From an uncultured Oscillospiraceae bacterium (GTDB lineage: Bacteria > Bacillota > Clostridia > Oscillospirales > Oscillospiraceae), in NCBI GenBank assembly GCA_964592685.1, contig CAZQFN010000001.1:1-63063 (forward strand): DNA of 63,063 nucleotides, in the 5' to 3' direction. The notes beneath the pieces were generated by a model, which saw only the letters and a program-made list of their open reading frames with translations, searched no databases and had not been told where the DNA came from. The position numbers and the translations under genes are program-made. Positions within the stretch are counted from its first letter, which is position 1. Each line of letters starts with the position of its first letter. This document shows, one piece after another, positions 48,473-58,230 of this stretch.

Positions 48473-48501
48473 ATTATACCATAGATTCTCCAGTCTTACA
48501 A
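48473..48501 (-). promoter_or_regulatory. Promoter of the B12-riboswitch operon
   Basis: Minus strand reads TTGTAA-17 nt-TATAAT. Confidence 0.6.
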
Positions 48502-48558
48502 TCCAGGAAAAAGAGCGCGCGCCAAAAACGACGCACGCTCTTTCGTATTCGATGAGTA

Positions 48559-50520
48559 TCAGACGATATCCATGGCGGCGAACATGCCGTCGCGGGTGGC
48601 CTGAAGGATGCGGGCAGGCTTCTTGCAGTCGCCGACGATGGCGGTGCGGGGGCAGACCGTCATGAGCTCATGAAGTTCCTCGCTGGGGCTGCGGAAGCCC
48701 AGGGCGTAATAGACATTATCCGCCTCAAAGAACCGCTCGCTTCCGTCGGGAGCCAGGGCCTTGACCCCTTTCTCCGTGACCTCGGTCACGCGGGTAGAGC
48801 AGTGAATGTTCATGTTCGCGGGCTTCATGATGCGAATGGCCTCCTTGTGACTCCAGAGAGCGTCGCGGCAGTAGTCATCCAGCATCTCGATAACCTCCAC
48901 ATCGTGGCCGGTATCCCCCAGATGCATGGAGACCTCCACACCCACCAAGCCGCCGCCGATCATCACGCATTTCTTGCCGGGATTCTCCAGATAGGCATTC
49001 AGGGCGTATTTGGCGTGCTCATGCAGACCGGGGATGCGGGGCGCCACAGGACGGCCGCCGATGGCCAGAATGACCGCATCGGGATTGAACTGCTCGATGA
49101 TCTCACGGGTGACGGTAACGCCCAGCTTCACATCCACGCCGGCGCGATATACGCGATTGGCAAGATGATCGCGAAACTTGCGCATATCGTCCTTGTGGCA
49201 GTCATAGCCGGTATACCAAAGGGTGCCGCCCAGCTGCTCCCGGTTGTCCATGAGCGTAACGCGGTGGCCGCGCTCCGCAGCCGTCAGGGCCGCATACATG
49301 CCGCCGGGGCCGCCGCCCACCACAAGAACCTTCTGTCCCCCGTTCTTCACGCCGGGAGCCCACTGGAGGCGCAGCTGGCGCATGGAGGTAGGGTTAACCG
49401 TGCATTCAAAGGGAACGACCTGAACACGTTTGTCCGGATCCGAAGCCAGAGGATTGAAGCAGGAGCAGCGCAGGCAGGGCATGACCTCGTCTTCCTTGCC
49501 CATGGCGACCTTGTTTACAAAATCGGGATCCGCCAGCATCTGGCGGCCCATGGCCACAAAATCACATTTGCCGGAGGCGATGGCATTCTCAATGTCCTCG
49601 GGGCTGTTGAAGCCGCCCACGGCAGTGACGGGAATGTTTACCGCCTTCTTGATGGCCTCCGCCAGATCCAGATTGCAGCCATGGGGATGATAGATGGAGG
49701 AAAACGCCTTGGACTCCACATGGTTGTGATACATGCCGCTGGTCACATGGATGATGTCAACCTTGTCCTGAATGAGCTTGCAGAATTCCACGCAGTCGGA
49801 CAGTTCCAGACCGCCGGGAACACGCTCGGAACCGGAAACGCGGTACTCGATCAGAAGATCATCCCCGCAGACCTCGTGGATGCGATCCAGCACCATCATG
49901 GGGAAGCGGGCGCGGTTTTCGATGCTGCCGCCGTATTTGTCCGTGCGCTTATTGGTCAGAGGAGAAATATACTGGCCCAGAAGCCAGCCGTGGCCTCCAT
50001 GGAGCATGACCATCTGGAAACCGGCAAGTTTCGCGCCGAGGCAGGCCTGGGCAAAGTTACTGGCCACGTCTTCCATATCCTGCTCCGTCATCTCATCCAC
50101 ACAGATGCCGTCCTCCCGGACACAGGCGGAGGGACCAAAGGGGTTCTTACCGTCCTTGATGGTAGAAGGATGATTCACGGCGCCGATATGATTAAATTCT
50201 ACCGAGGCAACAGCTCCATGGCGGGAAATGCTCTCCGCCAGGACGAACAGTGCTTCCTGGTGATATACGGACTTGTTCGGCGTGTAGAAATCGATGGAAT
50301 GATCGTGACGGGAGCTGCGGTCCTCATCAATAAAGCTCTCCGTTACGGTCACGGCACTGACGCCGCCGCGGGCGCGCACTTCATAGCCATGGATGCACTC
50401 GGGCGTGGGCGTTCCGCCGGGGAACACAGTGCGGTCCGTGGTCATCGGAGCCGCCATGACGCGGTTTTTAAAGGTGACCCCTTTGATGGTCAGGGGCGCA
50501 AACATATGGGGATATTTCAT
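48559..50520 (-). CDS. Two-domain flavoenzyme: OYE-like FMN domain + 4Fe-4S + FAD/NAD(P) domain (2-enoate / 2,4-dienoyl-CoA reductase family)
   Basis: MKYPHMFAPLTIKGVTFKNRVMAAPM.., ..HGGHGWLLGQYISP.., Cys motif CLRCSC, Rossmann VLVVGGGPGG. Start ATG 50520, 9 nt after GGGAGGG. Confidence 0.8.
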   Translation of the reverse strand: MKYPHMFAPLTIKGVTFKNRVMAAPMTTDRTVFPGGTPTPECIHGYEVRARGGVSAVTVTESFIDEDRSSRHDHSIDFYTPNKSVYHQEALFVLAESISRHGAVASVEFNHIGAVNHPSTIKDGKNPFGPSACVREDGICVDEMTEQDMEDVASNFAQACLGAKLAGFQMVMLHGGHGWLLGQYISPLTNKRTDKYGGSIENRARFPMMVLDRIHEVCGDDLLIEYRVSGSERVPGGLELSDCVEFCKLIQDKVDIIHVTSGMYHNHVESKAFSSIYHPHGCNLDLAEAIKKAVNIPVTAVGGFNSPEDIENAIASGKCDFVAMGRQMLADPDFVNKVAMGKEDEVMPCLRCSCFNPLASDPDKRVQVVPFECTVNPTSMRQLRLQWAPGVKNGGQKVLVVGGGPGGMYAALTAAERGHRVTLMDNREQLGGTLWYTGYDCHKDDMRKFRDHLANRVYRAGVDVKLGVTVTREIIEQFNPDAVILAIGGRPVAPRIPGLHEHAKYALNAYLENPGKKCVMIGGGLVGVEVSMHLGDTGHDVEVIEMLDDYCRDALWSHKEAIRIMKPANMNIHCSTRVTEVTEKGVKALAPDGSERFFEADNVYYALGFRSPSEELHELMTVCPRTAIVGDCKKPARILQATRDGMFAAMDIV

Positions 50521-50699
50521 CGACAAAGACCCTCCCTGGTCGTATTTCTTTCTGTCTGCATACTACCATTTGCAGGAGTATTTCACAAGACCGCACAATG
50601 AAGTAACCATCTTACCCGGAGGTAACAGGCTGTTTCGCGCTCTTGCCCACATCGGAGAATTGTGATATTATTCCCATATCGGGGAAGGAGTGAGTTCTT

Positions 50700-51134
50700 A
50701 TGTCCCTTAACGACCGAGAGTTCGATGTAAAAAAAGACCCCTACAACCATATGATGCACATTCTGTTTTCCCGCTGGAAGCCCTTCATTCTGATGGCCAT
50801 GATCTTTGATGAGGGAAAAACAAATTTTTCCGATTTTACCGGTCAGCTCCCCATCAGCCACAAGGTACTGACGGAAAATCTGAAGGCAATGGAAAGAGAC
50901 GGGCTCATTCATCGCACGGTGATCCCGGATTCACCGCCGCGTACGGAATATCGGCTCACGGAAGCAGGACAGGAAATGGTCCCTCTTTTGAGGGCTGTCT
51001 ATGAAGCGGGCTGGAAGGACATGAATCGCAAAGGGCTCCCCATCGATCCTCTGGGTGAAATGTGGCACGGTTACCGGGAGCGAGATCCCTCTGTTATGTA
51101 CCGCCCCTACAAAAAGAAAGAACCACGGGACTAA
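50700..51134 (+). CDS. HxlR-family winged-helix transcriptional regulator
   Basis: ..LFSRWKPFILMAM..FSDF..ISHKVLTENLKAMERDGLIHRTV..PPRTEYRLTEAG.. is the HxlR pattern. Confidence 0.8.
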   Translation: MSLNDREFDVKKDPYNHMMHILFSRWKPFILMAMIFDEGKTNFSDFTGQLPISHKVLTENLKAMERDGLIHRTVIPDSPPRTEYRLTEAGQEMVPLLRAVYEAGWKDMNRKGLPIDPLGEMWHGYRERDPSVMYRPYKKKEPRD

Positions 51135-51173
51135 GTTTTCCGCACAAAGATTTGGAGAAAGAGAGAAAAAATT

Positions 51174-52574
51174 ATGGCAGCAATTATCGGCAGTATCAGC
51201 GGCTTTATGTATGGAAAGCTTCTGATCATCATGCTCCTGATCGTGGGCCTGTATTTCACTGTTCGCACCGGCCTGATCCAGTTCCGCCTTTTTGGTGAAT
51301 CCATCCGCCTTGTTTCCGAAAAACCGGACAGCAATGGTTCTGTTTCCTCCTTCAAGGCGTTAATGGTCTCCACCGCCTCCCGCGTGGGCACCGGCAATAT
51401 CATCGGCGTCTCGGTCGCCATCTGCACCGGCGGCTATGGCGCAGTGTTCTGGATGTGGCTCATTGCTCTCATCGGCGGCGCCTCCGCCTTTGTGGAAAGC
51501 ACGCTGGCCCAGATCTACAAGAGAAAGGGCAAGAACGGCAGCTACGGCGGTCCTGCTTACTATATTGAAGCAGCCCTTCACAGCCGGCCTCTGGCCATCA
51601 TTTTCGCCATCTGCCTCGTCCTCACCTACGGCGCAGGCTTTAACATGCTGGCCTCCTATAACCTGCAGTCCACCTTTGCCGTTTTCGATTTCTACAATCC
51701 TGATGTCTTCCCCTGGGTCGCCGGCGCCGTGATCGCCCTTCTTGTGTGCTGGTGCCTGATGGGCGGCGGAAAGCGCATCATGTCCGCCACCTCTGCTCTG
51801 GTTCCCATCATGGGCGTGATCTATATCCTTGTATCGCTGGTCATCGTCATCATGAATATAAACCTTCTGCCCAATGTCTTTGTTCGCATCTTCACGGACG
51901 CTTTTGACTTCCGGGCCATCTTCGGCGGCTTTGCCGGTTCCTGCGTCATGCAGGGCATCAAACGCGGTCTTTACAGCAACGAGGCCGGCATCGGTTCCGC
52001 GCCCAATGCGGCCGCCGCCGCCGATGTGAGCCACCCCGCCAAGCAGGGTCTTGTGCAGATGCTGTCCGTCTTCATCGACACACTCCTCATCTGTACCGCT
52101 ACCGCTTTCATGTGCCTGTGCTCCGGCGTGGAGCCCTCCGCCGAACTCAGCGGCGCTCCCTACGTCCAGTCCGCTATGGCAGAGGCTCTGGGCGGATTCG
52201 GCCCCATTTTCATCACTGTCTCCATGGCCCTGTTCGCGTTTACAACGCTCATCGGCAATCTCTATTATGTGGACAACTGCCTTGCCTACATTCTGGGCAA
52301 AGAGCCCGGTAAGACTTTTATGACCATTTATCGCATCATTGCTTCCCTGCTCATTTTCGTCGGCGCCGGGCTGAGCATGGGGCTTCTCTGGGATCTGGCA
52401 GACGTCCTTATGGGCCTCATGGCCATTATCAACCTGCCGGTCATCTGCATCCTCGGCAAATACGCCCTGCGCGCGCTCAAGGATTACACCGCGCAGCGTG
52501 CTGAGGGCAAGAATCCAGTTTTTAAAGCAAAATCCATCGGTCTTCCCACTCCCACCGACTATTGGAACGATTGA
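51174..52574 (+). CDS. Alanine/glycine:cation symporter (AGCS family)
   Basis: ..SFKALMVSTASRVGTGNIIGVSVAI..GGYGAVFWMW.., polytopic, 466 aa. Confidence 0.85.
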   Translation: MAAIIGSISGFMYGKLLIIMLLIVGLYFTVRTGLIQFRLFGESIRLVSEKPDSNGSVSSFKALMVSTASRVGTGNIIGVSVAICTGGYGAVFWMWLIALIGGASAFVESTLAQIYKRKGKNGSYGGPAYYIEAALHSRPLAIIFAICLVLTYGAGFNMLASYNLQSTFAVFDFYNPDVFPWVAGAVIALLVCWCLMGGGKRIMSATSALVPIMGVIYILVSLVIVIMNINLLPNVFVRIFTDAFDFRAIFGGFAGSCVMQGIKRGLYSNEAGIGSAPNAAAAADVSHPAKQGLVQMLSVFIDTLLICTATAFMCLCSGVEPSAELSGAPYVQSAMAEALGGFGPIFITVSMALFAFTTLIGNLYYVDNCLAYILGKEPGKTFMTIYRIIASLLIFVGAGLSMGLLWDLADVLMGLMAIINLPVICILGKYALRALKDYTAQRAEGKNPVFKAKSIGLPTPTDYWND

Positions 52575-52592
52575 TAATTTCAAACATTAACG

Positions 52593-52632
52593 AAAAACCG
52601 CCGGTCTGCTGAACTGCAAACCGGCGGTTTCA
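52593..52632. terminator. Bidirectional terminator between the AGCS and ArsC-family genes
   Basis: AAACCGCCGG..CCGGCGGTTT stem (52595-52604 / 52621-52630). Confidence 0.7.
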
Positions 52633-52636
52633 AGTT

Positions 52637-52954
52637 TTATTCCCAGGTTTTCCAAATCTCCGGCTGATAGCCAACCGTGGCCTGCTTGCCGTTTCGGACG
52701 ATCGGAGTGTTGAGAAGTTCGGGATAATCAAAGAGTTTTTCCAGCTTGTCGCTGTCGTAAGCCAGATAGGTGATATCCGGATCACTGCTGAGCGCGGCGA
52801 TCCCGACAGCGTTTTTCACGCTGTTCAATTCGCCCCGGCTCATGCCGTATTGCAGGATATCCACGAACTGAAATTTGATGCGGCGTTCCTTGAAATATCG
52901 CTGAGCCTTTTTGGTGTCAAAGCATTTGCTTTTGCCGAATATCTGTATATTCAT
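52637..52954 (-). CDS. ArsC/Spx/YffB-family thioredoxin-fold protein
   Basis: MNIQIFGKSKCFDTKKAQRYFKERRIKFQFVDI.. 105 aa. Confidence 0.7.
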   Translation of the reverse strand: MNIQIFGKSKCFDTKKAQRYFKERRIKFQFVDILQYGMSRGELNSVKNAVGIAALSSDPDITYLAYDSDKLEKLFDYPELLNTPIVRNGKQATVGYQPEIWKTWE

Positions 52955-52973
52955 CGGTAAGCTCCTGACAATT

Positions 52974-54632
52974 TCAGACTTCCATGATCACGGGAAGGAT
53001 CATGGGGCTGCGGCGGGTGGCTTTATAGAGATATCCGTTGAGGTTATTTTTCACTTTCCCCTTGATGCCGGCCCAATCGGTGATGCGCTGGCGCTCGCAG
53101 GACTCGATGCTCTCAAAGACAACGCGGCGCATCTCCTCCATGAGCTGAGGATTGTCCTTCACATATACAAAGCCGCGGGTGATGATCTCCGGTTCGGAGA
53201 TCATGGTACCATCCTGGGCGGACATGGTCATGACCACCACCAACATGCCGTCCTGGGCCAGGTGCTGACGATCCCGAAGGACCACATTCCCAACGCCGCC
53301 CTCCACGGTGCCGTCAACCAGCACGCGGCCGGAGGAAACTTTCCCGTTTTTGCGGACAGTTTTGGATGTGAGTTCGATCACATCGCCCAGATCGCCGATG
53401 ATAATATCCTTGGAGTGCATCCCCATCTCCTTGGCAAGCTCGCCGTGGCGGCAGAGCATGCGGTGTTCGCCGTGGACAGGAATGAAGAATTTGGGCTTCG
53501 TGAGCGCCAGCATGGTCTTCTGCTCCTGCTGGCAGGCGTGACCGGAGACATGGATGTCCATGGAGCGGTCATAGATGACCTCCGCGCCCTTGAAAAACAG
53601 CTCGTCAATGACCTTGGTGACGGAGCGCTCGTTGCCGGGGATGGCGGTGGCCGAGATGATGACACGGTCTCCCGCGCCGATCTTCACCTGGCGATGCTCG
53701 GAAAAGGCCATGCGGTACAGCGCCGACATGCTTTCGCCCTGACTGCCGGTGGTGATGACCACCACCTTGTTGGGGGGCAGAGTGTTGATGCGCGCCATGT
53801 CCACAAGGATGTCCTTCGGGACATTCATATAGCCCTCTTCCACGGCCATTTTGATAACGTTTTCCATGCTGCGGCCGGTGATGCCGACTTTGCGCTTGTA
53901 CTTTTTCGCGCAGTCGATGATCTGCTGGATGCGATGGACGTTGGAGGCGAAGGTGGTGACAATGATGCGCTTGTCGCACCCCCGGAAAAGAGCATCCATG
54001 CTCTCCCCCACCTGATGCTCGGAATTGGAATAGCCCGGGCGCTCCACATTGGTGGAATCGGACAGAAGGGCCAGAACGCCCTGCTTGCCCAGTTCCGCAA
54101 AACGGCAGAAATCAAACACGCCGCCCTCAATGGGAGTCAGATCGATCTTGAAATCGCCGGTATGAATGACTGTGCCCACAGGGGTAGTGATGGCTACGGC
54201 CACACTGTCCGGGATGGAATGGTTCACATGGATCAGCTCGCACTGGAACAGTCCCACCCGGAAGGTATCGCCGGCGGAATGGGTATGGATCTTCACCTTG
54301 TCCGCAAGGCCATGCTCCTCCAGCTTCAGCCGCACAAGGCCGGCCGTGAGCCGGGTGGCATAAATGGGGCAGTTGATTTTCCGGAACACATAGGGAATGC
54401 CGCCGATATGATCCTCGTGGCCATGGGTCAGGACAAGGCCGCGAATGCGCGACTTGTTCTCAATGAGGTATTCAATGTCGGGGATGACCACATCCACGCC
54501 ATACATATCCTCATCCGGAAAACCCATGCCGCAATCCACGATCAGAATGTCTTTCCCATATTCATAGACATAAAGGTTCTTGCCGATCTCATTGAGACCG
54601 CCAAGAGCCATAATTTTCAGTTTTTGTGCCAT
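52974..54632 (-). CDS. rnj: Ribonuclease J
   Basis: Metallo-beta-lactamase/beta-CASP motifs (..THGHEDHIGG..) and a 552-aa RNase J architecture. Confidence 0.9.
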   Translation of the reverse strand: MAQKLKIMALGGLNEIGKNLYVYEYGKDILIVDCGMGFPDEDMYGVDVVIPDIEYLIENKSRIRGLVLTHGHEDHIGGIPYVFRKINCPIYATRLTAGLVRLKLEEHGLADKVKIHTHSAGDTFRVGLFQCELIHVNHSIPDSVAVAITTPVGTVIHTGDFKIDLTPIEGGVFDFCRFAELGKQGVLALLSDSTNVERPGYSNSEHQVGESMDALFRGCDKRIIVTTFASNVHRIQQIIDCAKKYKRKVGITGRSMENVIKMAVEEGYMNVPKDILVDMARINTLPPNKVVVITTGSQGESMSALYRMAFSEHRQVKIGAGDRVIISATAIPGNERSVTKVIDELFFKGAEVIYDRSMDIHVSGHACQQEQKTMLALTKPKFFIPVHGEHRMLCRHGELAKEMGMHSKDIIIGDLGDVIELTSKTVRKNGKVSSGRVLVDGTVEGGVGNVVLRDRQHLAQDGMLVVVMTMSAQDGTMISEPEIITRGFVYVKDNPQLMEEMRRVVFESIESCERQRITDWAGIKGKVKNNLNGYLYKATRRSPMILPVIMEV

Positions 54633-54730
54633 TTGATTAAAATTACTCCTTCGTTATGTAGTACAGTACGCACAAACGCGGGCCGGTATGCCCCGCCCGA
54701 AAAGATATTACCCGAAATTCGAAAAAAGTA

Positions 54731-55330
54731 TTACATGTCCCGGCGGCCTTCCAGCGCCCGCATAAGAGTTGCATCATCCGTAAACTCCAGATTGGAGCCC
54801 ACAGGGATGCCATAGGCCAGACGGGTGACACGCACCTCGAAAGGCTTGAGAAGACGCGCAATATACAGGGCCGTGGTGTCGCCCTCGGTATCCGGGTTTG
54901 TGGCCATAATGACCTCCGTCACATCGCCCTCCGCCACACGCTTTACAAGCTCCGCAATGCGGATATCGTCCGGTCCCACATGGCTCATGGGCGAGAGAAC
55001 GCCGTGAAGAACGTGATAAACGCCGCCAAACTCCCGGCTGCGTTCCAGACTCGCCACATCCCGAGCCTCTGCCACCACGCAGATCACGGAATGGTCGCGC
55101 CGTTCGTCGGCACAGACGCTGCAGATATCGCCGTCGGTGAGATTCTGGCACACGGGGCAGGTGTGAACACTGCGGCGTGCCTCCAGGATCGTCTCCGCAA
55201 AAGCCTCCGCTTCCCCCTCCGGCAGACCAAGAATATGGAAAGCAAGCCGCTGGGCGCTCTTCCGCCCGATGCCGGGCAAAGAGGCAAAACGATCGATCAG
55301 CGTTTCAAAGGATACAGGAAAAAAAGCCAT
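54731..55330 (-). CDS. recR: Recombination protein RecR
   Basis: ..LPGIGRKSAQRLAFH.., zinc finger CPVCQNLTDGDICSVC and a Toprim ..VICVVAEARDV.. Confidence 0.95.
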   Translation of the reverse strand: MAFFPVSFETLIDRFASLPGIGRKSAQRLAFHILGLPEGEAEAFAETILEARRSVHTCPVCQNLTDGDICSVCADERRDHSVICVVAEARDVASLERSREFGGVYHVLHGVLSPMSHVGPDDIRIAELVKRVAEGDVTEVIMATNPDTEGDTTALYIARLLKPFEVRVTRLAYGIPVGSNLEFTDDATLMRALEGRRDM

Positions 55331-55340
55331 GATGGTTGTC

Positions 55341-56003
55341 TCACTTATTCCGAAGAGTTTCGATCACCGCAGCACGGTCAGGCTTGCCGAACACGGCAGA
55401 ACCGGCCACCAGAACATTGGCGCCGGCCTCAATGACCAGAGGCGCCGTATCCGGCGCGACACCGCCGTCTACTTCCAGCTCGCATACAGGATTGACGGAT
55501 TCGATCATTTCCCGAAGGCGGCGGATCTTCGGAAGCTGATCCGCCATAAAGCTCTGACCGCCGAAACCGGGCTCCACCGTCATCACCAGAACCATGTCCA
55601 GATCCTTCAGCCAGGGCTCGACCGCCTCCGCAGGCGTGGCAGGCTTTACCGTCAGTCCCACCTTCACACCAAGGGCCTTGGTCCTGGAAATGGCTTCAGA
55701 GATATTTTCAGGGGTGTCCGACTCCACATGGAACATGAGAAGGCTCGCGCCGGCTCCGGCAAAGGTCTCGGCATAGCGGAGAGGCTCCGTGATCATCAGA
55801 TGCACATCCAGAAAGGCATCCGGGAACGCTTTCCGCAAGCTTTTCACCACGGGCACGCCAATGGAGATGTTGGGCACAAACACGCCGTCCATCACATCCA
55901 CATGGACATAATCGGCGCCCCCGGTGAGGATATCCTGTACTTCCTCCCCCAGACGGGCAAAATCCGCCGAGAGAATAGACGGTGCGATCTTGATCATTGT
56001 CAT
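55341..56003 (-). CDS. rpe: Ribulose-phosphate 3-epimerase
   Basis: ..IAPSILSADFARLGEEV..GADYVHVDVMDG.FVPN.. Start ATG 56003 (or 55997). Confidence 0.9.
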   Translation of the reverse strand: MTMIKIAPSILSADFARLGEEVQDILTGGADYVHVDVMDGVFVPNISIGVPVVKSLRKAFPDAFLDVHLMITEPLRYAETFAGAGASLLMFHVESDTPENISEAISRTKALGVKVGLTVKPATPAEAVEPWLKDLDMVLVMTVEPGFGGQSFMADQLPKIRRLREMIESVNPVCELEVDGGVAPDTAPLVIEAGANVLVAGSAVFGKPDRAAVIETLRNK

Positions 56004-56244
56004 AAAACTCCCTGTCTGCATAATATAGCACAGCCACGCCGCGCGGTGCCGGGCTTTTATATAGGGGAGGATCTCAGGCCTGTGCGCGGGCCGGAGTCCT
56101 TCCCCATCGTTTCATAAGAACCTATACGGATAAGAGTATACCATATATTGGGCAAAAGTAGCAAGTAGCCCTTGACGATATTGGTCAATAAGCATTAAAA
56201 TAACGATGTATGCACATGATAAAATATGACAGGAGGGTTCGCCT

Positions 56245-56931
56245 ATGCAGCCTGTAACGCGCCGCCGGGCCGCGCCGGTATACATCGCCGCCGCAGTCTT
56301 TGCGGTCTATGCGCTGATTTTCCCCTTATACAAGCTTTGGCATTTTCTGCTGGCCGCGGCCGTAACAGCCGCCGCCTGGCTGCTGGCGGAAAAGCTCATA
56401 AAGCCTGTGGTGGAATACGTCTCCGTCCCGGAACCGGAGCCGGAACCCCCGGTATCCCATGGCGCGGAAGCCGATGCTGTTCTGGCCGAAGCGAAGACTG
56501 CCCGGCTGGAAATGGAAGCGCTGGCCGCCGCTATCGGAGACCCCGCCGTCACCGAGAAGATCGAAGCCCTGTGCTCTCTCAGCGACCGCATCGCACAGGA
56601 CATTCTGGATGATCCGGCAGACACCCGGGAGATACAGAAATTTCAGCGCTACTTCCTCCCCTCCACCATCGGCCTGCTCCACGCTTATGACCGCATGGGC
56701 CGTTCCCAGGGAGAAAACGCTGCCAAATCCCGAGAAAAGATCGCCCAAATGCTGGACACGGAGATCCGCGCCTTCCAAAAACAGCTTGATGCCCTGTATA
56801 AAAACGACGCCATGGATGTGGATGCCAACATCCGGGTGATGCAGGCGCTTCTGGAGCGGGAAGGTCTTCTGGAGCAGGACGAACTGCACCGCCTTATCCA
56901 ACAGGCGGAAGAGGCCGGAACCGGCACATAA
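56245..56931 (+). CDS. xpaC: XpaC-like (5-bromo-4-chloroindolyl phosphate hydrolysis protein family) membrane protein
   Basis: Two N-terminal TM helices, a PEPEPEPP linker and a helical C-terminal domain with ..IQKFQRYFLPSTIGLLHAYDRM.., as I remember for the XpaC family. It sits upstream of telA, like the B. subtilis xpaC-yaaN pair. Confidence 0.65.
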   Translation: MQPVTRRRAAPVYIAAAVFAVYALIFPLYKLWHFLLAAAVTAAAWLLAEKLIKPVVEYVSVPEPEPEPPVSHGAEADAVLAEAKTARLEMEALAAAIGDPAVTEKIEALCSLSDRIAQDILDDPADTREIQKFQRYFLPSTIGLLHAYDRMGRSQGENAAKSREKIAQMLDTEIRAFQKQLDALYKNDAMDVDANIRVMQALLEREGLLEQDELHRLIQQAEEAGTGT

Positions 56932-56979
56932 GAACAAACTCAACACACATACACGACACAATGAAGAAAGGATAACGCA

Positions 56980-58194
56980 ATGGCCGACGAAAAAGAACTG
57001 GGTTTCAATCTCACCCTTGACCCCACGCCTGCCCCTGCCATGACCGCCGCCGCGGCGGCCGCAGCCCAGGATATCCCTGTCCTCACCCTCGGAAACGAGC
57101 CCCCCGCAGAGCAGGCTCCTGCCGAAGAGGAAAAACCCGAAATTCCCGCAGAGAAGCTGGACATCGACAAGCTCTCCCCCGCCGAGCAAGCCGCCGTCCG
57201 GGAGTTTGCAAAAAAAATCGACATCACCGATTCCACCCTGGTGCTGAATTACGGTTCCAACGCTCAGAAGAACATCGCTGATTTCTCGGCCCAGGCACTT
57301 GACCAGGTCCGCACCAAGGATCTTGGCGATGTGGGTGATATGCTCACCGGACTGGTCTCAGAGCTGGACGGACTTAACGGCGAGAGCGCCGAAGCCCCGA
57401 AAGGCATCAAAAAGATTTTCCATAGCACCAAGCGCAGCATCCGCGATCTGAAAAGCAAATACGACAAGGCCGAGGTAAACGTGGATCGCATCACCGCAGC
57501 GCTGGACGAGCACTGGATCACGCTGAATAAAGACATCGTGACCATGGATCAGATGTATGAGCTGAACCAGTCCTACTTCAAGGAACTGACCATGTACATC
57601 ATCGCCGGCAAGCTGCGCGTCCAGGAGCTCCGTGAGACCGAGCTGCCCGCCCTCATCGCCAAGGCAGAGGAATCCGGTCTGCCGGAGGATGCACAGGCCG
57701 CAAACGATTACGCCGCGCTTCTTGGCCGTTTTGAGAAAAAAATCCATGATCTGGAACTGACCCGGATGATCTCCATCCAGATGGGCCCCCAGATCCGTCT
57801 CATCCAGAACAACGACGCCCTTATGGCCGAAAAGATCCAGACAGCCATTGTGAACACCATCCCCCTGTGGAAGAGCCAGATGGTCATCGCCATGAGCCTC
57901 TATCACTCTCAGCAGGCCATGGAGGCCACACACAGCGTCAGCGAAGTGACCAACGAGCTGCTGAAAAAGAACGCTGCTGCGCTTCACGCCGGTTCCGTGG
58001 CCGTTGCACAGGAGGCCGAGCGCGGTATCGTAGATCTCGAGACGCTGACACTGACCAATCAGGAACTCATCGCCACATTGGAAGAGGTTCGCAAGGTACA
58101 GGACGATGGCCGCGCCCGCCGGGCTCAGGCCGAATTGGAATTGGGTCGCTTGGAAGGCGAGCTGAAGCAAAAGCTTCTGGAGATGAAAGGCTGA
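56980..58194 (+). CDS. telA: TelA/YaaN-family toxic-anion-resistance protein
   Basis: 404 aa, all-helical. ..LVLNYGSNAQKNIADFSAQALDQVRTKDLGDVGDML.. and ..RLIQNNDALMAEKIQ.. are typical of TelA. Confidence 0.75.
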   Translation: MADEKELGFNLTLDPTPAPAMTAAAAAAAQDIPVLTLGNEPPAEQAPAEEEKPEIPAEKLDIDKLSPAEQAAVREFAKKIDITDSTLVLNYGSNAQKNIADFSAQALDQVRTKDLGDVGDMLTGLVSELDGLNGESAEAPKGIKKIFHSTKRSIRDLKSKYDKAEVNVDRITAALDEHWITLNKDIVTMDQMYELNQSYFKELTMYIIAGKLRVQELRETELPALIAKAEESGLPEDAQAANDYAALLGRFEKKIHDLELTRMISIQMGPQIRLIQNNDALMAEKIQTAIVNTIPLWKSQMVIAMSLYHSQQAMEATHSVSEVTNELLKKNAAALHAGSVAVAQEAERGIVDLETLTLTNQELIATLEEVRKVQDDGRARRAQAELELGRLEGELKQKLLEMKG

Positions 58195-58230
58195 GTATCC
58201 TCAGGCTTCCAAAAAGAAAGGTGATATTCC

